Of a DNA stretch of 64,000 bases, positions 19,343 through 28,866 are shown in pieces. Below the pieces are notes generated by a model. It was not told where the DNA came from, did not search any database, and saw nothing but the letters and a program-made list of their open reading frames with translations. The stretch comes from Promethearchaeia archaeon (GTDB taxonomy: Archaea; Asgardarchaeota; Lokiarchaeia; Sigyniarchaeales; SOKP01). The DNA lies in assembly GCA_029856045.1 (NCBI GenBank), contig JAHQWG010000053.1, forward strand, positions 1 through 64,000, given 5' to 3'. Position 1 is the first letter of the stretch; the number at the start of each line of letters is the position of its first letter. A program made the position numbers and the translations under genes.

Positions 19343-19663
19343 TTATCTTAATTTTGCACCACAGTAGGGACAAAAACGTAGATTTAATTCTTTTATTTCA
19401 TTTCCACAACTAAGACATGTAAGATAATCTAATTCGGTAAATGATTCTTTCTTTTTATATTCATGATTTTCAGGGATTTCTCCCTCTTCAGTTTGCTCGA
19501 TGCTTTCAAACTCAGATTCTCCTCTATTACGAGAAGAAAATGGCCAACAACAAATCAATGGAAAAAAAAAAATGAAGGGAAAATTCAGGTTAAATATGAA
19601 AAATAGAATTATTATTAATATTCCAATTGAGAAAAATAATATTATTCTCGCCCGATAATTCAT
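19343..19663 (-). CDS. Membrane-anchored zinc-ribbon protein
   Basis: N-terminal TM; CLSCG...FCPYCG. Confidence 0.8.
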   Translation of the reverse strand: MNYRARIILFFSIGILIIILFFIFNLNFPFIFFFPLICCWPFSSRNRGESEFESIEQTEEGEIPENHEYKKKESFTELDYLTCLSCGNEIKELNLRFCPYCGAKLR

Positions 19664-19675
19664 TTCTACTCCATT

Positions 19676-20275
19676 TTAACTTTTTATCTTATCTTTCCAA
19701 GCATCCTTTCGCATTTTTTCATCATCTATATATTCGTCATCCAATTTTTTACTATCTTCTTCCAATTGAGATTTTGTGGGAATAGTTAATAATGAACTCT
19801 GGGATAAACCTTGAGGACGCCATAGTGAGGGTGATTCAATTCCTTTTATTTTTCTGTATATCAATCTAATTAAATAAGATACACCAAAAAGACTAAAAGA
19901 TGTTAATATATATAATCCTACCCAACCGTCTCCAAAGAATAAAACTGGAAAAAAAATCAATCCTGCCGAATAATCTGCATAAATTATTCCTAAAATTGCC
20001 CATAATACCCAAAATGTTATACAACATACACACATTGGAACCATTTGCTTTATCATCATTTGTTTCATCAAAGCCATGTATTCTTTCTGTAATCTCGTAA
20101 ACTCCTCAGCATCTCCCATTGCTTGATTTAATCGATTTTGGATATCTTTTGTTTTATCTATAAAATCTCTCCTTTCTGAAGCTGATTGACCGAATATTTT
20201 AATAAACACTAATCGACTGAAATAAACAATAACAGTTATCAGTACAATTTGTAAAATTATTATCTCATTTGCCAT
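19676..20275 (-). CDS. EMC3/TMCO1/DUF106 (Oxa1 superfamily) insertase-like protein
   Basis: TM1, coiled coil, Met-rich segment MALMKQMMIKQMVPM, TM2, TM3 GWVGLYILTSF. Confidence 0.75.
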   Translation of the reverse strand: MANEIIILQIVLITVIVYFSRLVFIKIFGQSASERRDFIDKTKDIQNRLNQAMGDAEEFTRLQKEYMALMKQMMIKQMVPMCVCCITFWVLWAILGIIYADYSAGLIFFPVLFFGDGWVGLYILTSFSLFGVSYLIRLIYRKIKGIESPSLWRPQGLSQSSLLTIPTKSQLEEDSKKLDDEYIDDEKMRKDAWKDKIKS

Positions 20276-20375
20276 CTATTTAATCACTTAATATGATAAA
20301 TCTGCATTTAAATTAAATTTTAGTAATTTACTTTTAAACTAAATAGAATAAGATTAATTGGGATAAGAAACTCAC

Positions 20376-21458
20376 TTATCTTAAATTTCCCCTCAAATAA
20401 GCTGATAAATACTTCTCATATAATAACTTAAGGCTTGTCGGTATTGAAGTAGCGATAGCACATCCTAATCTGCATCTATCACAAAAATTATAATCATCAT
20501 GCTTTTCCATAATTTCATATACTTCTTTAGATCGATATATTTTAGAGAGAGGTATCTTTAAGGCATTTAAACTATATAATGGGTGAAGCTTGCAGGGATA
20601 ATCTACTTTTCCATCTTGTCTCACAAAGATGTAAGATCTGGCAACATGACACCTTAAAAAATTTTGATAATAAGCTGGAGCACCACCAAATCCTCCATTT
20701 TCTATTATCAACACTGTATAGAGGTCAGTTACCATATTAGAATATTTCTTTCGTAATTTTAAGACATTAGAGCCCCATATATTAATATCTGGAATAAAAT
20801 CATTAATATTTTCTATTCTATAAACCTTACCATTAATCTCCCGTATAATATCTTCAACGGGTAATATTTCTATTGTACAATTTAAATCGTTTGCTAGAGA
20901 AACCATATCCTCCATTAAATTAAGATTTTCTTTCATAACAACAGTAGAGATAATCACATTTATTCCTCTGTCTTGCGCAATTTTTATTCCTTCAATAGCT
21001 TTATCAAATAACTTAATCCCCCGATATCTATCATGTAATTTTGCATTAGGAAAATCAAGTGAAATCAATATATAATCTAAACCATCAAAAGGATATTTTT
21101 TAAGCAATTTCGGTAATAAAAAACCGTTAGTAGCAACACCTGTATAAAAGGAATAGTTTTTTCCAATATATTTTATTAGTTCTGGTAAATCCTTTCTTAA
21201 TGTTGGTTCCCCTCCTGTAAAAGAAACAGAATTTACTTTTAATATCTCCAATTGATCAATGATGCTTTTTACCTGTTCTGTTGTCATATTCGGTCCTAAA
21301 GCAGATTTTGGAATTGAATGAAATGTACAAAAGGGACATTTACCATTACAATCTAACGTCAGTTCAACTTGGGCGCTGTATGGAGTTGGAATATTTAGAA
21401 GATTGTTTTTTACTAAATTCTTGATGTATCGAAACCAATTAATTTTTTTAGCTGGAAT
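20376..21458 (-). CDS. Radical SAM protein with C-terminal Cys-rich SPASM/Twitch domain; probable ATT start
   Basis: CNGKCPFC lies in frame upstream of the ORF-track ATG (21287); FTGGEPTLR, ATNG, ISLD; CDRCRLGC. Confidence 0.85.
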   Translation of the reverse strand: MPAKKINWFRYIKNLVKNNLLNIPTPYSAQVELTLDCNGKCPFCTFHSIPKSALGPNMTTEQVKSIIDQLEILKVNSVSFTGGEPTLRKDLPELIKYIGKNYSFYTGVATNGFLLPKLLKKYPFDGLDYILISLDFPNAKLHDRYRGIKLFDKAIEGIKIAQDRGINVIISTVVMKENLNLMEDMVSLANDLNCTIEILPVEDIIREINGKVYRIENINDFIPDINIWGSNVLKLRKKYSNMVTDLYTVLIIENGGFGGAPAYYQNFLRCHVARSYIFVRQDGKVDYPCKLHPLYSLNALKIPLSKIYRSKEVYEIMEKHDDYNFCDRCRLGCAIATSIPTSLKLLYEKYLSAYLRGNLR

Positions 21459-21778
21459 ACTACTACCTTCCTCTAACTTTATAAATAGTTATTTCTATTA
21501 GTAATAAATATCAATTATACAATTTGATTATATGTAATTACCAAATTTCATAAATTTTTTTTTCTAATAAGCCGTTCAATTAAAATTAATCTTTTTTTTG
21601 TAATTTTTATACTTATAAATTATATATTCTATGTACAAAAAAAGATTTGTACGTGTTATAAAATCAGAACTATGTAGACACAACAATTATTTTATATAAA
21701 AAAACATTATATTATTCAACCATTAAGTCACTTTAAAATTTTTATAAGGGAGCACTACAGTAGGGTTAAGGGTTAATT

Positions 21779-21898
21779 ATGTCGGAGGAGAATTCAAATT
21801 ATATTTCAGAGTCAGATTTTTATAAAAATGTTCATAAATATCTCTCCTCTAAAAAAACAGAAGAAAAAAAAAAGAAAAAGAAAACAACTGAAGTATAA
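21779..21898 (+). CDS. 39-aa lysine-rich microprotein (not in ORF track)
   Basis: MSEENSNYISESDFYKNVHKYLSSKKTEEKKKKKKTTEV*; G-rich leader upstream. Confidence 0.45.
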   Translation: MSEENSNYISESDFYKNVHKYLSSKKTEEKKKKKKTTEV

Positions 21899-22027
21899 TT
21901 TAAGTCGAATAAAAAAAGGTGGCTAATTTTATTCTGTTTGTTAATAAAAATCTATAAAATTTTTTAATTTTTATTTCAATTTACTAAAACTTATAATTTT
22001 TTCACAATACATTTTATAGAAGAATTA

Positions 22028-23848
22028 ATGGTTGACGGCTTTAACTTTAAGCAAATATTTTTAAGACGAAGGGAGAGATTTCTTAGTAAAGATTATAAAT
22101 CTAGCTTAAGGCAGATTCTTTCGTATTTATGGATTTATAAAAAACTATTTATCATCACACTTATTCTTGGAATTTCCCAATCAATTTTATTTTTAACTTT
22201 GCCCTTATTCTTGGGCCCCGCTATGGATATTATTACTACCCCTACTATTCCGTTAGAGAATATTTTTCAATTATTTTGGCTTATGTTCGGTTTACAGATT
22301 ATAACCGGGGTTATTTTTGGAATTAGAATTTATATCAATAGATGGGTTGGAGCAAATATAATTTACAATTTAAGGAACGACTTTTTCTCAACTATTCAAA
22401 TTATGTCTTTCGGATGGTTGGATAAAAATAAGACTGGAGAATTAATCTCAAGGGGTATATCAGATATAAATTTATTAAAAGAGTTTTTAGCAAATAACCT
22501 GCAATATTTTATTCGAAGTACTGTTACATTTTGTTTTAGTTTTGTTATTTTATTCTATATAAATGCGGAACTGGCTTTTTATGTCTTAATAATTTCACCT
22601 TCATTACTTATCGTGCTTATTATTTTTAGAAAAAAGTTACGTCCTGTTTTTAAAAAATCGAGGGAGACATATGCTGATTTAACACATTTTATACAGGAAA
22701 ATATTCAGGGTGCCCGGGTTGTTAAATCTTTTGGGCGAGAAAAGCATGAAATAAAAAAATTTGAGAAAGTAAATGATCAATATTTTGATGATTCAATGGG
22801 GATTATAAAGTTACAGGCATTCTTTGACCCAATTATTTATGTAATTGATAATATTGCCTTCTTAATTGTAATTTTATTAGGGGGACTATTTGTTATAAAT
22901 GGCCAAATGACATTTGGAGATATTTTCTCATTCGTCATGGTTATGAATTTTTCGATTGAACCCCTCTATTTTATTAGTAGATTTATTGGTAACTTGCCTC
23001 AAATATCTGAAACTTGTGACCGAATAACTCTTGTTCTTAACTCAGAAATAATCGTAAAAGAGAAACTGGACGCGATTGAAATGCCTCCCATTAAAGGACA
23101 AATCGAATTTAAGAATATGTATTTTTCCTTTGACCAAAAAAAAGAAACTAATGGACTTTATGTTCTAAAAAATATTAATTTAAAAGTAAAACCCGGCGAA
23201 AACATAGCCATCTTGGGAGCTACGGGAAGTGGAAAATCAGCGTTTGTAAAGCTGCTTCCAAGGTTTTACGAAGTATCTAAAGGTAGTATATCAATAGATG
23301 GTATTAACATAAGAGATGTTTCATTTAAATCTTTAAGATCCCAAATAGGGTATGTAAGCCAAGAAAGATTGTTATTTTCAAGGACTATTAAAGAAAATAT
23401 AGCGTTTGGTAAGAGGGATATTACTTTTAAGGATATAAAATACGCCGCTGACGCGTCGGATATAAATGAATTTATCGAAAGCTTACCTGAAAAGTACGAT
23501 ACAAAAGTAGGAGAACGAGGGACAACAGTGTCGGGAGGCCAAAAACAGAGGTTAGCAATTGCAAGAGCTATTGCAATTAAACCAAGAATCTTAATTCTTG
23601 ACGATGCAACCTCAAGCGTAGATGTAGATACAGAATATGCAATTCAAAAACATTTTAAAGAAGTTTTTAAAGGAACCACAGTCTTTTTAATAACCCAAAG
23701 ATTAAGTTCGGTTCGAAATGCTGACAGAATTATAGTTTTGGATAAAGGACAAATCGCGCAAGTTGGAACTCATGAAGAATTGATGGACCAAGATGATGGA
23801 ATTTATAAAAAGCTTTATTTAACTTTAAAAATTGAGGAGAGAGCTTAA
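22028..23848 (+). CDS. ABC exporter half-transporter (TMD+NBD), subunit A
   Basis: GATGSGKS, VSGGQKQR, degenerate Walker B LDDATSS and switch Q. Confidence 0.93.
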   Translation: MVDGFNFKQIFLRRRERFLSKDYKSSLRQILSYLWIYKKLFIITLILGISQSILFLTLPLFLGPAMDIITTPTIPLENIFQLFWLMFGLQIITGVIFGIRIYINRWVGANIIYNLRNDFFSTIQIMSFGWLDKNKTGELISRGISDINLLKEFLANNLQYFIRSTVTFCFSFVILFYINAELAFYVLIISPSLLIVLIIFRKKLRPVFKKSRETYADLTHFIQENIQGARVVKSFGREKHEIKKFEKVNDQYFDDSMGIIKLQAFFDPIIYVIDNIAFLIVILLGGLFVINGQMTFGDIFSFVMVMNFSIEPLYFISRFIGNLPQISETCDRITLVLNSEIIVKEKLDAIEMPPIKGQIEFKNMYFSFDQKKETNGLYVLKNINLKVKPGENIAILGATGSGKSAFVKLLPRFYEVSKGSISIDGINIRDVSFKSLRSQIGYVSQERLLFSRTIKENIAFGKRDITFKDIKYAADASDINEFIESLPEKYDTKVGERGTTVSGGQKQRLAIARAIAIKPRILILDDATSSVDVDTEYAIQKHFKEVFKGTTVFLITQRLSSVRNADRIIVLDKGQIAQVGTHEELMDQDDGIYKKLYLTLKIEERA

Positions 23849-25789
23849 ATGCCAAGGAAAAAGAGGAAAACTGTAATTAATGCTGATGAAGAATACACAA
23901 GAACAATGAGTACTCTCCAAGTTATTAAACGGCTGTATGGCTATATAGGTCTTGGTAATCGAAAATATATTTATATTTTTATTATTGCAGTCTCATTTAA
24001 TGCCTTATTTAGTTGGTTTACTCCTTTATTGTTCAAAATTTTTATTGATGAAGGATTAGGGGGTGGATTAACTGGAACAGCTGGAGATATAAATGTAATT
24101 TTCTTGGCAGGAACATTATTCTTTATTTTTACTATATCAAGTGTATTTATCCGTATCATTCAGAATTACATAATTCAAAAACTTGCTACAAAAACAATGT
24201 ATAATCTAAGATCTGGTATCTTTAACAAATTACAGTTTCTTGGATTGGATTACTATGATGGAAAAGATGAAAGAACTGGGAAATTCAGAACAACTGGGAA
24301 AATCATTAGTTATGCGACAAATGATGTAAATACTATTCAAGAATTGATTGCTTCAGGAATGTTAATGGTTATTGGAAATTTCTTTTTGGTATTTGGAGCT
24401 TTGATTTTCATGATTATCTTAAGTCCACATTTAACATTATTCTCTTTTTTACTTCTAGTACCTATTTTTTTTACTGCTTCGATTGTATTTAGAAAAGCTA
24501 GAAAATATTTTAAAGAATTAAGGGAAAGAGTAGCCGTTGTTAATAGTGTATTAGATGAATCAATTGTTGGTATGCGTATTATTCAATCTTTTGCAGTAGA
24601 AGAGGAAAACTTTAGCGAGTTTAATGAAGCCACGAATAATGAAATGGAAATATCCATAAAATCAGCAAAATTGTTTGCGTTTATCCCAGGAATTATCATT
24701 TTAGTAATGACAATAGGAATTGGTTCATTAATCATAGCATCTGGCTTTTTAGTGCGTCAGGGATTATTAACTTCAGGTACTCTTGTTGCATTTATTTTTT
24801 ATCTATTCACATTTTTTGAACCAATATTTCAGTTAGTTAATTTCTTTACATTATTACAAAATTCTATCAGTGCATGTGAAAGGATTATACGGTTACTCAA
24901 TGCAGAACCTTCAATCACTGATAATGAAGTAGCTATAGATATTGATGACATTAAAGGAAAAATTGAATATAAAAATGTGGATTTCGAATATGAAGAAAAT
25001 ACACCTATTTTAAAAAATATTGATATTACTATAAGAGAAAATGAAAGATTAGCACTTGTTGGTTATACGGGTGCTGGAAAAACTACTCTTATAAAATTAA
25101 TAAGTAGATTTTATGATACCACTAAAGGAGGCATTTATTTAGATGGTTTAAACCTTAGAGATATTAAAACCAATTCATTAAGAGGATCAATGGGTATTGT
25201 TTTACAAGAAAATTTTCTCTTCTCGGAAACAATAATGGACAATATCAAATATGGGAAATTAGATGCAACAGATGAAGAAGTAATTGAAGCTGCAAAAAAA
25301 GTAAGCGCTCATGAATTCATTATAGAATTAGAGGATGGATATAATACGATTGTAGGAGAACGTGGAAGCAGACTCTCTGAAGGACAACGTCAATTAATTG
25401 CTTTTGCGAGAGCTCTCATTGCAGATCCCCCAATCTTAATATTAGATGAGGCAACTTCATCGATTGATCCATACTCAGAACTTTTAATCCAACAAGCATT
25501 GGAAACTTTGTTAAAGGGAAGAACATCGATTAGTATTGCTCATAGATTATCTACGATTATTAATGCAGATAGAATTCTTGTATTAAATGATGGCGAAATT
25601 ATTGAAGAAGGAACACATGATGAACTAGTTAAAAAAAATGGATTCTATAACCATTTATATAAAATGCAGTTTAAAGATCCCTTCAAAAAAGAAAAATATG
25701 ATGAAAAAGATAAAACTCTAGAAGAAATAGGCAGATTAGGCCCTCAAGATTTTGATCGTAGAAGAGGAGGATTTGGGGATTTATTTTAA
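23849..25789 (+). CDS. ABC exporter half-transporter (TMD+NBD), subunit B
   Basis: GYTGAGKT, LSEGQRQ, LDEATSS, IAHRL; abuts the previous gene. Confidence 0.93.
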   Translation: MPRKKRKTVINADEEYTRTMSTLQVIKRLYGYIGLGNRKYIYIFIIAVSFNALFSWFTPLLFKIFIDEGLGGGLTGTAGDINVIFLAGTLFFIFTISSVFIRIIQNYIIQKLATKTMYNLRSGIFNKLQFLGLDYYDGKDERTGKFRTTGKIISYATNDVNTIQELIASGMLMVIGNFFLVFGALIFMIILSPHLTLFSFLLLVPIFFTASIVFRKARKYFKELRERVAVVNSVLDESIVGMRIIQSFAVEEENFSEFNEATNNEMEISIKSAKLFAFIPGIIILVMTIGIGSLIIASGFLVRQGLLTSGTLVAFIFYLFTFFEPIFQLVNFFTLLQNSISACERIIRLLNAEPSITDNEVAIDIDDIKGKIEYKNVDFEYEENTPILKNIDITIRENERLALVGYTGAGKTTLIKLISRFYDTTKGGIYLDGLNLRDIKTNSLRGSMGIVLQENFLFSETIMDNIKYGKLDATDEEVIEAAKKVSAHEFIIELEDGYNTIVGERGSRLSEGQRQLIAFARALIADPPILILDEATSSIDPYSELLIQQALETLLKGRTSISIAHRLSTIINADRILVLNDGEIIEEGTHDELVKKNGFYNHLYKMQFKDPFKKEKYDEKDKTLEEIGRLGPQDFDRRRGGFGDLF

Positions 25790-25824
25790 AATCTAAAAAT
25801 TTAATAAAAAAAAGACTTAGAAAT

Positions 25825-26088
25825 ATGGCAAAAGAAGAATTAAAAGACAAAATTAAATATTTCCAAGAACAAATTGATAACTATATATTAATTAGAGCAA
25901 ATAAATCTCAATTTAATAAAGATAAAGTATATCATTGTAAAAATTTAAAAAAATTGCTAGAGGAATCTCCTAAATTTATTAAATATTTAAATGAAGATTA
26001 TAAAGAAAAGCTGATCAATTTAAATTTTTTTTATGTAGATAAGTGTAAGGGACCAGTTATTAAGGTCGACCCTAGAAAATATGGATAA
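25825..26088 (+). CDS. Hypothetical protein
   Basis: 87-aa ORF with ATG in a gene-sized gap. Confidence 0.55.
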   Translation: MAKEELKDKIKYFQEQIDNYILIRANKSQFNKDKVYHCKNLKKLLEESPKFIKYLNEDYKEKLINLNFFYVDKCKGPVIKVDPRKYG

Positions 26089-26256
26089 TTTTAATGTTAT
26101 AATAAAACTTAGGGTTTTTTTTTATTAAAAATTTAATTTATTTTCATTTCTTAAAATCATCCTTAAGAACAACATTTAATATTTTTAATAATCTTTAATA
26201 CATAATTTTGTAATCAATAATTTTATTAATAATCAAAAAAATTAAAGTGAAATATA

Positions 26257-27516
26257 ATGGGGAAATTAGCTAGAAAGGTCGCTCTTGTTGGAGCAGGTAC
26301 AAGTAAATTTGGTCAAACCTTCCCATTAAGGCGAATACCTGAACACTGGACTGATGCTTGGCTAAATGCTGTTGCAACTGTAGATAATGGAATCGAACCG
26401 AAAGATATTGAAGCATGTTATGTTGGAAATTATTCGGCTGATTTATTTAATCATCAAGGTCATTTGGGTCCAATGATATCATCCCTTGTCGGTTTAAATC
26501 CAAAACCAGCACCAAGATTTGAAGGAGCGTGTGCAAGTAGTGGAATTGCCATGAGACAAGCGTTAATAACAATCGCTTCTGGATTAATGGATGTGATTTG
26601 CGTTAGTGGAATTGAAGTTATGACTGAAGTTCCGACGGTGGGTGTAACTGACGCGCTTGCAACTGCTTCAGATGTATCTTTTGAATATACAGCTGGTGCA
26701 ACTTTTCCGGGTTTATATGCGGCCATTGCTACAGCACACATGCATAAATATGGAACTACTCACGAAGATTTAATGAGAGTAGCTATAAAAAATCACATTA
26801 ATGGTAAAGAAAATCCATATGCACAAATGCAAAGAAGTATTAAAGATTTAATGGAAAGAAAAATAGCAAAAATAAAAGGAGCTGGAGGAGAAGTTCCTGA
26901 TTGGAAGGATGAATTTGATTATTTAAAAAGCCCTTCCAACCCTCCGATTGCTTGGCCGCTTCATTTATTTGACTGTTCTTTAGTAACAGATGGTGCCGCT
27001 TGCCTTTTTCTGGCATCTGAAGATGTAGCTAAGAAGTTTACGGATAACCCAATTTGGATTACTGGGACTGGACAAGGAAGTGCTGCAATAGCAATGCATG
27101 ATCGATCAACATTAACAGCATTAGAAGCGACTGTTGAAGCTTCAAGGCAAGCCTATCAAATGTCTGGCAGAGGTCCTAAAGATATACAGATTGCTGAAGT
27201 TCATGATTGTTTTACAATTGCTGAGATTTGCGCAATGGAAGATTTAGGCTTTTATGAGAAAGGGAAAGCGGTTGAAGCTATAAAAAATAAAGACACTTAT
27301 AGAGATGGTGTTAAACCTATAAATACTTCTGGAGGTTTAAAAAGTAAAGGTCATCCAGTAGGAGCAACAGGTGCTGCACAAGCCGTTGAAATATTTAAAC
27401 AAATGAGAGGTATAGCAGAACGCGATAGACAAGTAAAATTTGATGTAGAAATTGCAATGACACACAATCTTGGAGGGTCTGGGGGGTCTTGTGTAGTTAC
27501 AATTTATGAAAAATAA
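26257..27516 (+). CDS. Archaeal/SCP2-type thiolase
   Basis: EGACASSG, DCSLVTDGAA, EVHDCF, NTSGGLKSKGHPVGATG, HNLGG. Confidence 0.94.
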   Translation: MGKLARKVALVGAGTSKFGQTFPLRRIPEHWTDAWLNAVATVDNGIEPKDIEACYVGNYSADLFNHQGHLGPMISSLVGLNPKPAPRFEGACASSGIAMRQALITIASGLMDVICVSGIEVMTEVPTVGVTDALATASDVSFEYTAGATFPGLYAAIATAHMHKYGTTHEDLMRVAIKNHINGKENPYAQMQRSIKDLMERKIAKIKGAGGEVPDWKDEFDYLKSPSNPPIAWPLHLFDCSLVTDGAACLFLASEDVAKKFTDNPIWITGTGQGSAAIAMHDRSTLTALEATVEASRQAYQMSGRGPKDIQIAEVHDCFTIAEICAMEDLGFYEKGKAVEAIKNKDTYRDGVKPINTSGGLKSKGHPVGATGAAQAVEIFKQMRGIAERDRQVKFDVEIAMTHNLGGSGGSCVVTIYEK

Positions 27517-27532
27517 AAACGAGGTAAAGAAA

Positions 27533-27964
27533 ATGAGCGAAAATGAAAATGAAAATGAAATAACGATCAATAATTATTTAAAATATCTTTCAGAAGGAAA
27601 ATTAATGGGTTCCAAATGTAAAATCTGTGGTCATGTTGACGTACCCGCCAGAAAATTATGCAGTAAATGCATAAAACCTGAAAATGAATGGATAGAAATG
27701 TCTGGAAAAGGAAAAATAGCCGCTTTTACAAGCATTAATGTAGGAACACCATATTTCGTGAAAAAAGGATACGATAGAAAAAGGCCCTATGTTTTTAGCA
27801 TTATAAAACTAGATGAAGGACCCATGGTCTCCGCACAATTAGTCGGTGTTGATGAATCTCATCCAGAAACCATTAAAATTGAAATGCCTGTAAAAGTAAA
27901 ATTTCTCAAAGTAGAAGTAGAAGGGCTTCCTGAAAAAGTTGATTTAGGATTTGAACCTGCATGA
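27533..27964 (+). CDS. DUF35 Zn-ribbon/OB-fold thiolase partner
   Basis: CKICG..VPARKLCSKC, KLDEGP; GAGGT Shine-Dalgarno before ATG 27533. Confidence 0.9.
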   Translation: MSENENENEITINNYLKYLSEGKLMGSKCKICGHVDVPARKLCSKCIKPENEWIEMSGKGKIAAFTSINVGTPYFVKKGYDRKRPYVFSIIKLDEGPMVSAQLVGVDESHPETIKIEMPVKVKFLKVEVEGLPEKVDLGFEPA

Positions 27965-28024
27965 AATCTTAGAAAACCAAAAATATATCTAAAATTATAA
28001 TTTTCTTTCTATTTTTATTATCTG

Positions 28025-28711
28025 ATGAATTTGAAACTAAAATCGGGCTTATCCAGAGTATTTCAAGAGCTTTCAGAAATATTTGATATTATAAAAGAGG
28101 ATTTTTCAAATATTTCCGATAAAACTACCAAGAAATCTAAAAAATTAAATAAATGGCTCGAAATGCTCGACAATTTTTTATTGAAACATGAAAATATCCT
28201 ATTAAATCTGAAACCTTCAATTGAAAAGAAATTTTCTATTAAATTTAAAAATCCTAATTTGATTACTTTAGCTTTATTTAGACCGAGCACTAAAAATATC
28301 TTCACTGAATTGAATATTTATTTCCAAGAAGAACATCCTAATTTTCTTAATATTGAAAAATTGGAGAATATGTCGAATCTTGGTGATATAGCTGAGGGTC
28401 TAGCCCTCCTTGGAGATTCTGCTTTAGATTTAGCAGTATCACATACTCTCTGGGAAGAAGGAATAACAGATAAAGGAACAATAACTCTAGAGAAAGCACA
28501 AATGGTTCAGAATTTAAATCTTGCAAAATATTGTGATGATTTAGATTTATATCATAATAGAATTCATATGGAATTAAATGTAAATGAAACTAAACTCGAA
28601 ACTATTAATCATATAAAAGCAACTTTGGTAGAAGCAATAATAGGAATAATTTATTTGGAAAAAGGGGTGCAAGGGGTAATTAAATTTTTAAAAAAAATAG
28701 AAGAAAACTAA
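28025..28711 (+). CDS. Ribonuclease III-domain protein, Mini-III-like (no dsRBD)
   Basis: LALLGDSALDL and ATLVEAIIGIIYL signatures. Confidence 0.8.
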   Translation: MNLKLKSGLSRVFQELSEIFDIIKEDFSNISDKTTKKSKKLNKWLEMLDNFLLKHENILLNLKPSIEKKFSIKFKNPNLITLALFRPSTKNIFTELNIYFQEEHPNFLNIEKLENMSNLGDIAEGLALLGDSALDLAVSHTLWEEGITDKGTITLEKAQMVQNLNLAKYCDDLDLYHNRIHMELNVNETKLETINHIKATLVEAIIGIIYLEKGVQGVIKFLKKIEEN

Positions 28712-28866
28712 GTTTAAATAAATTGTAAATTGTTACCATTGTATTGAGAACTTTTCTCTCTTTTCCTCATATAATTTTTTAATATCTTTTCTTAATTGTT
28801 TAAATCATAAAGATTTATTAGGAAAAAAAAGAAATATTATCAACTTAAAAAAAAAGTTGAATTTTT

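Noticed and set aside
22028-25789. Degenerate ATPase motifs in the ABC pair
   Set aside because: Normal asymmetry of heterodimeric exporters (TM287/288 type)
27540-27560. GAAAAT x3 microsatellite
   Set aside because: Short in-frame EN repeat in a disordered N-terminus; not a CRISPR or functional array
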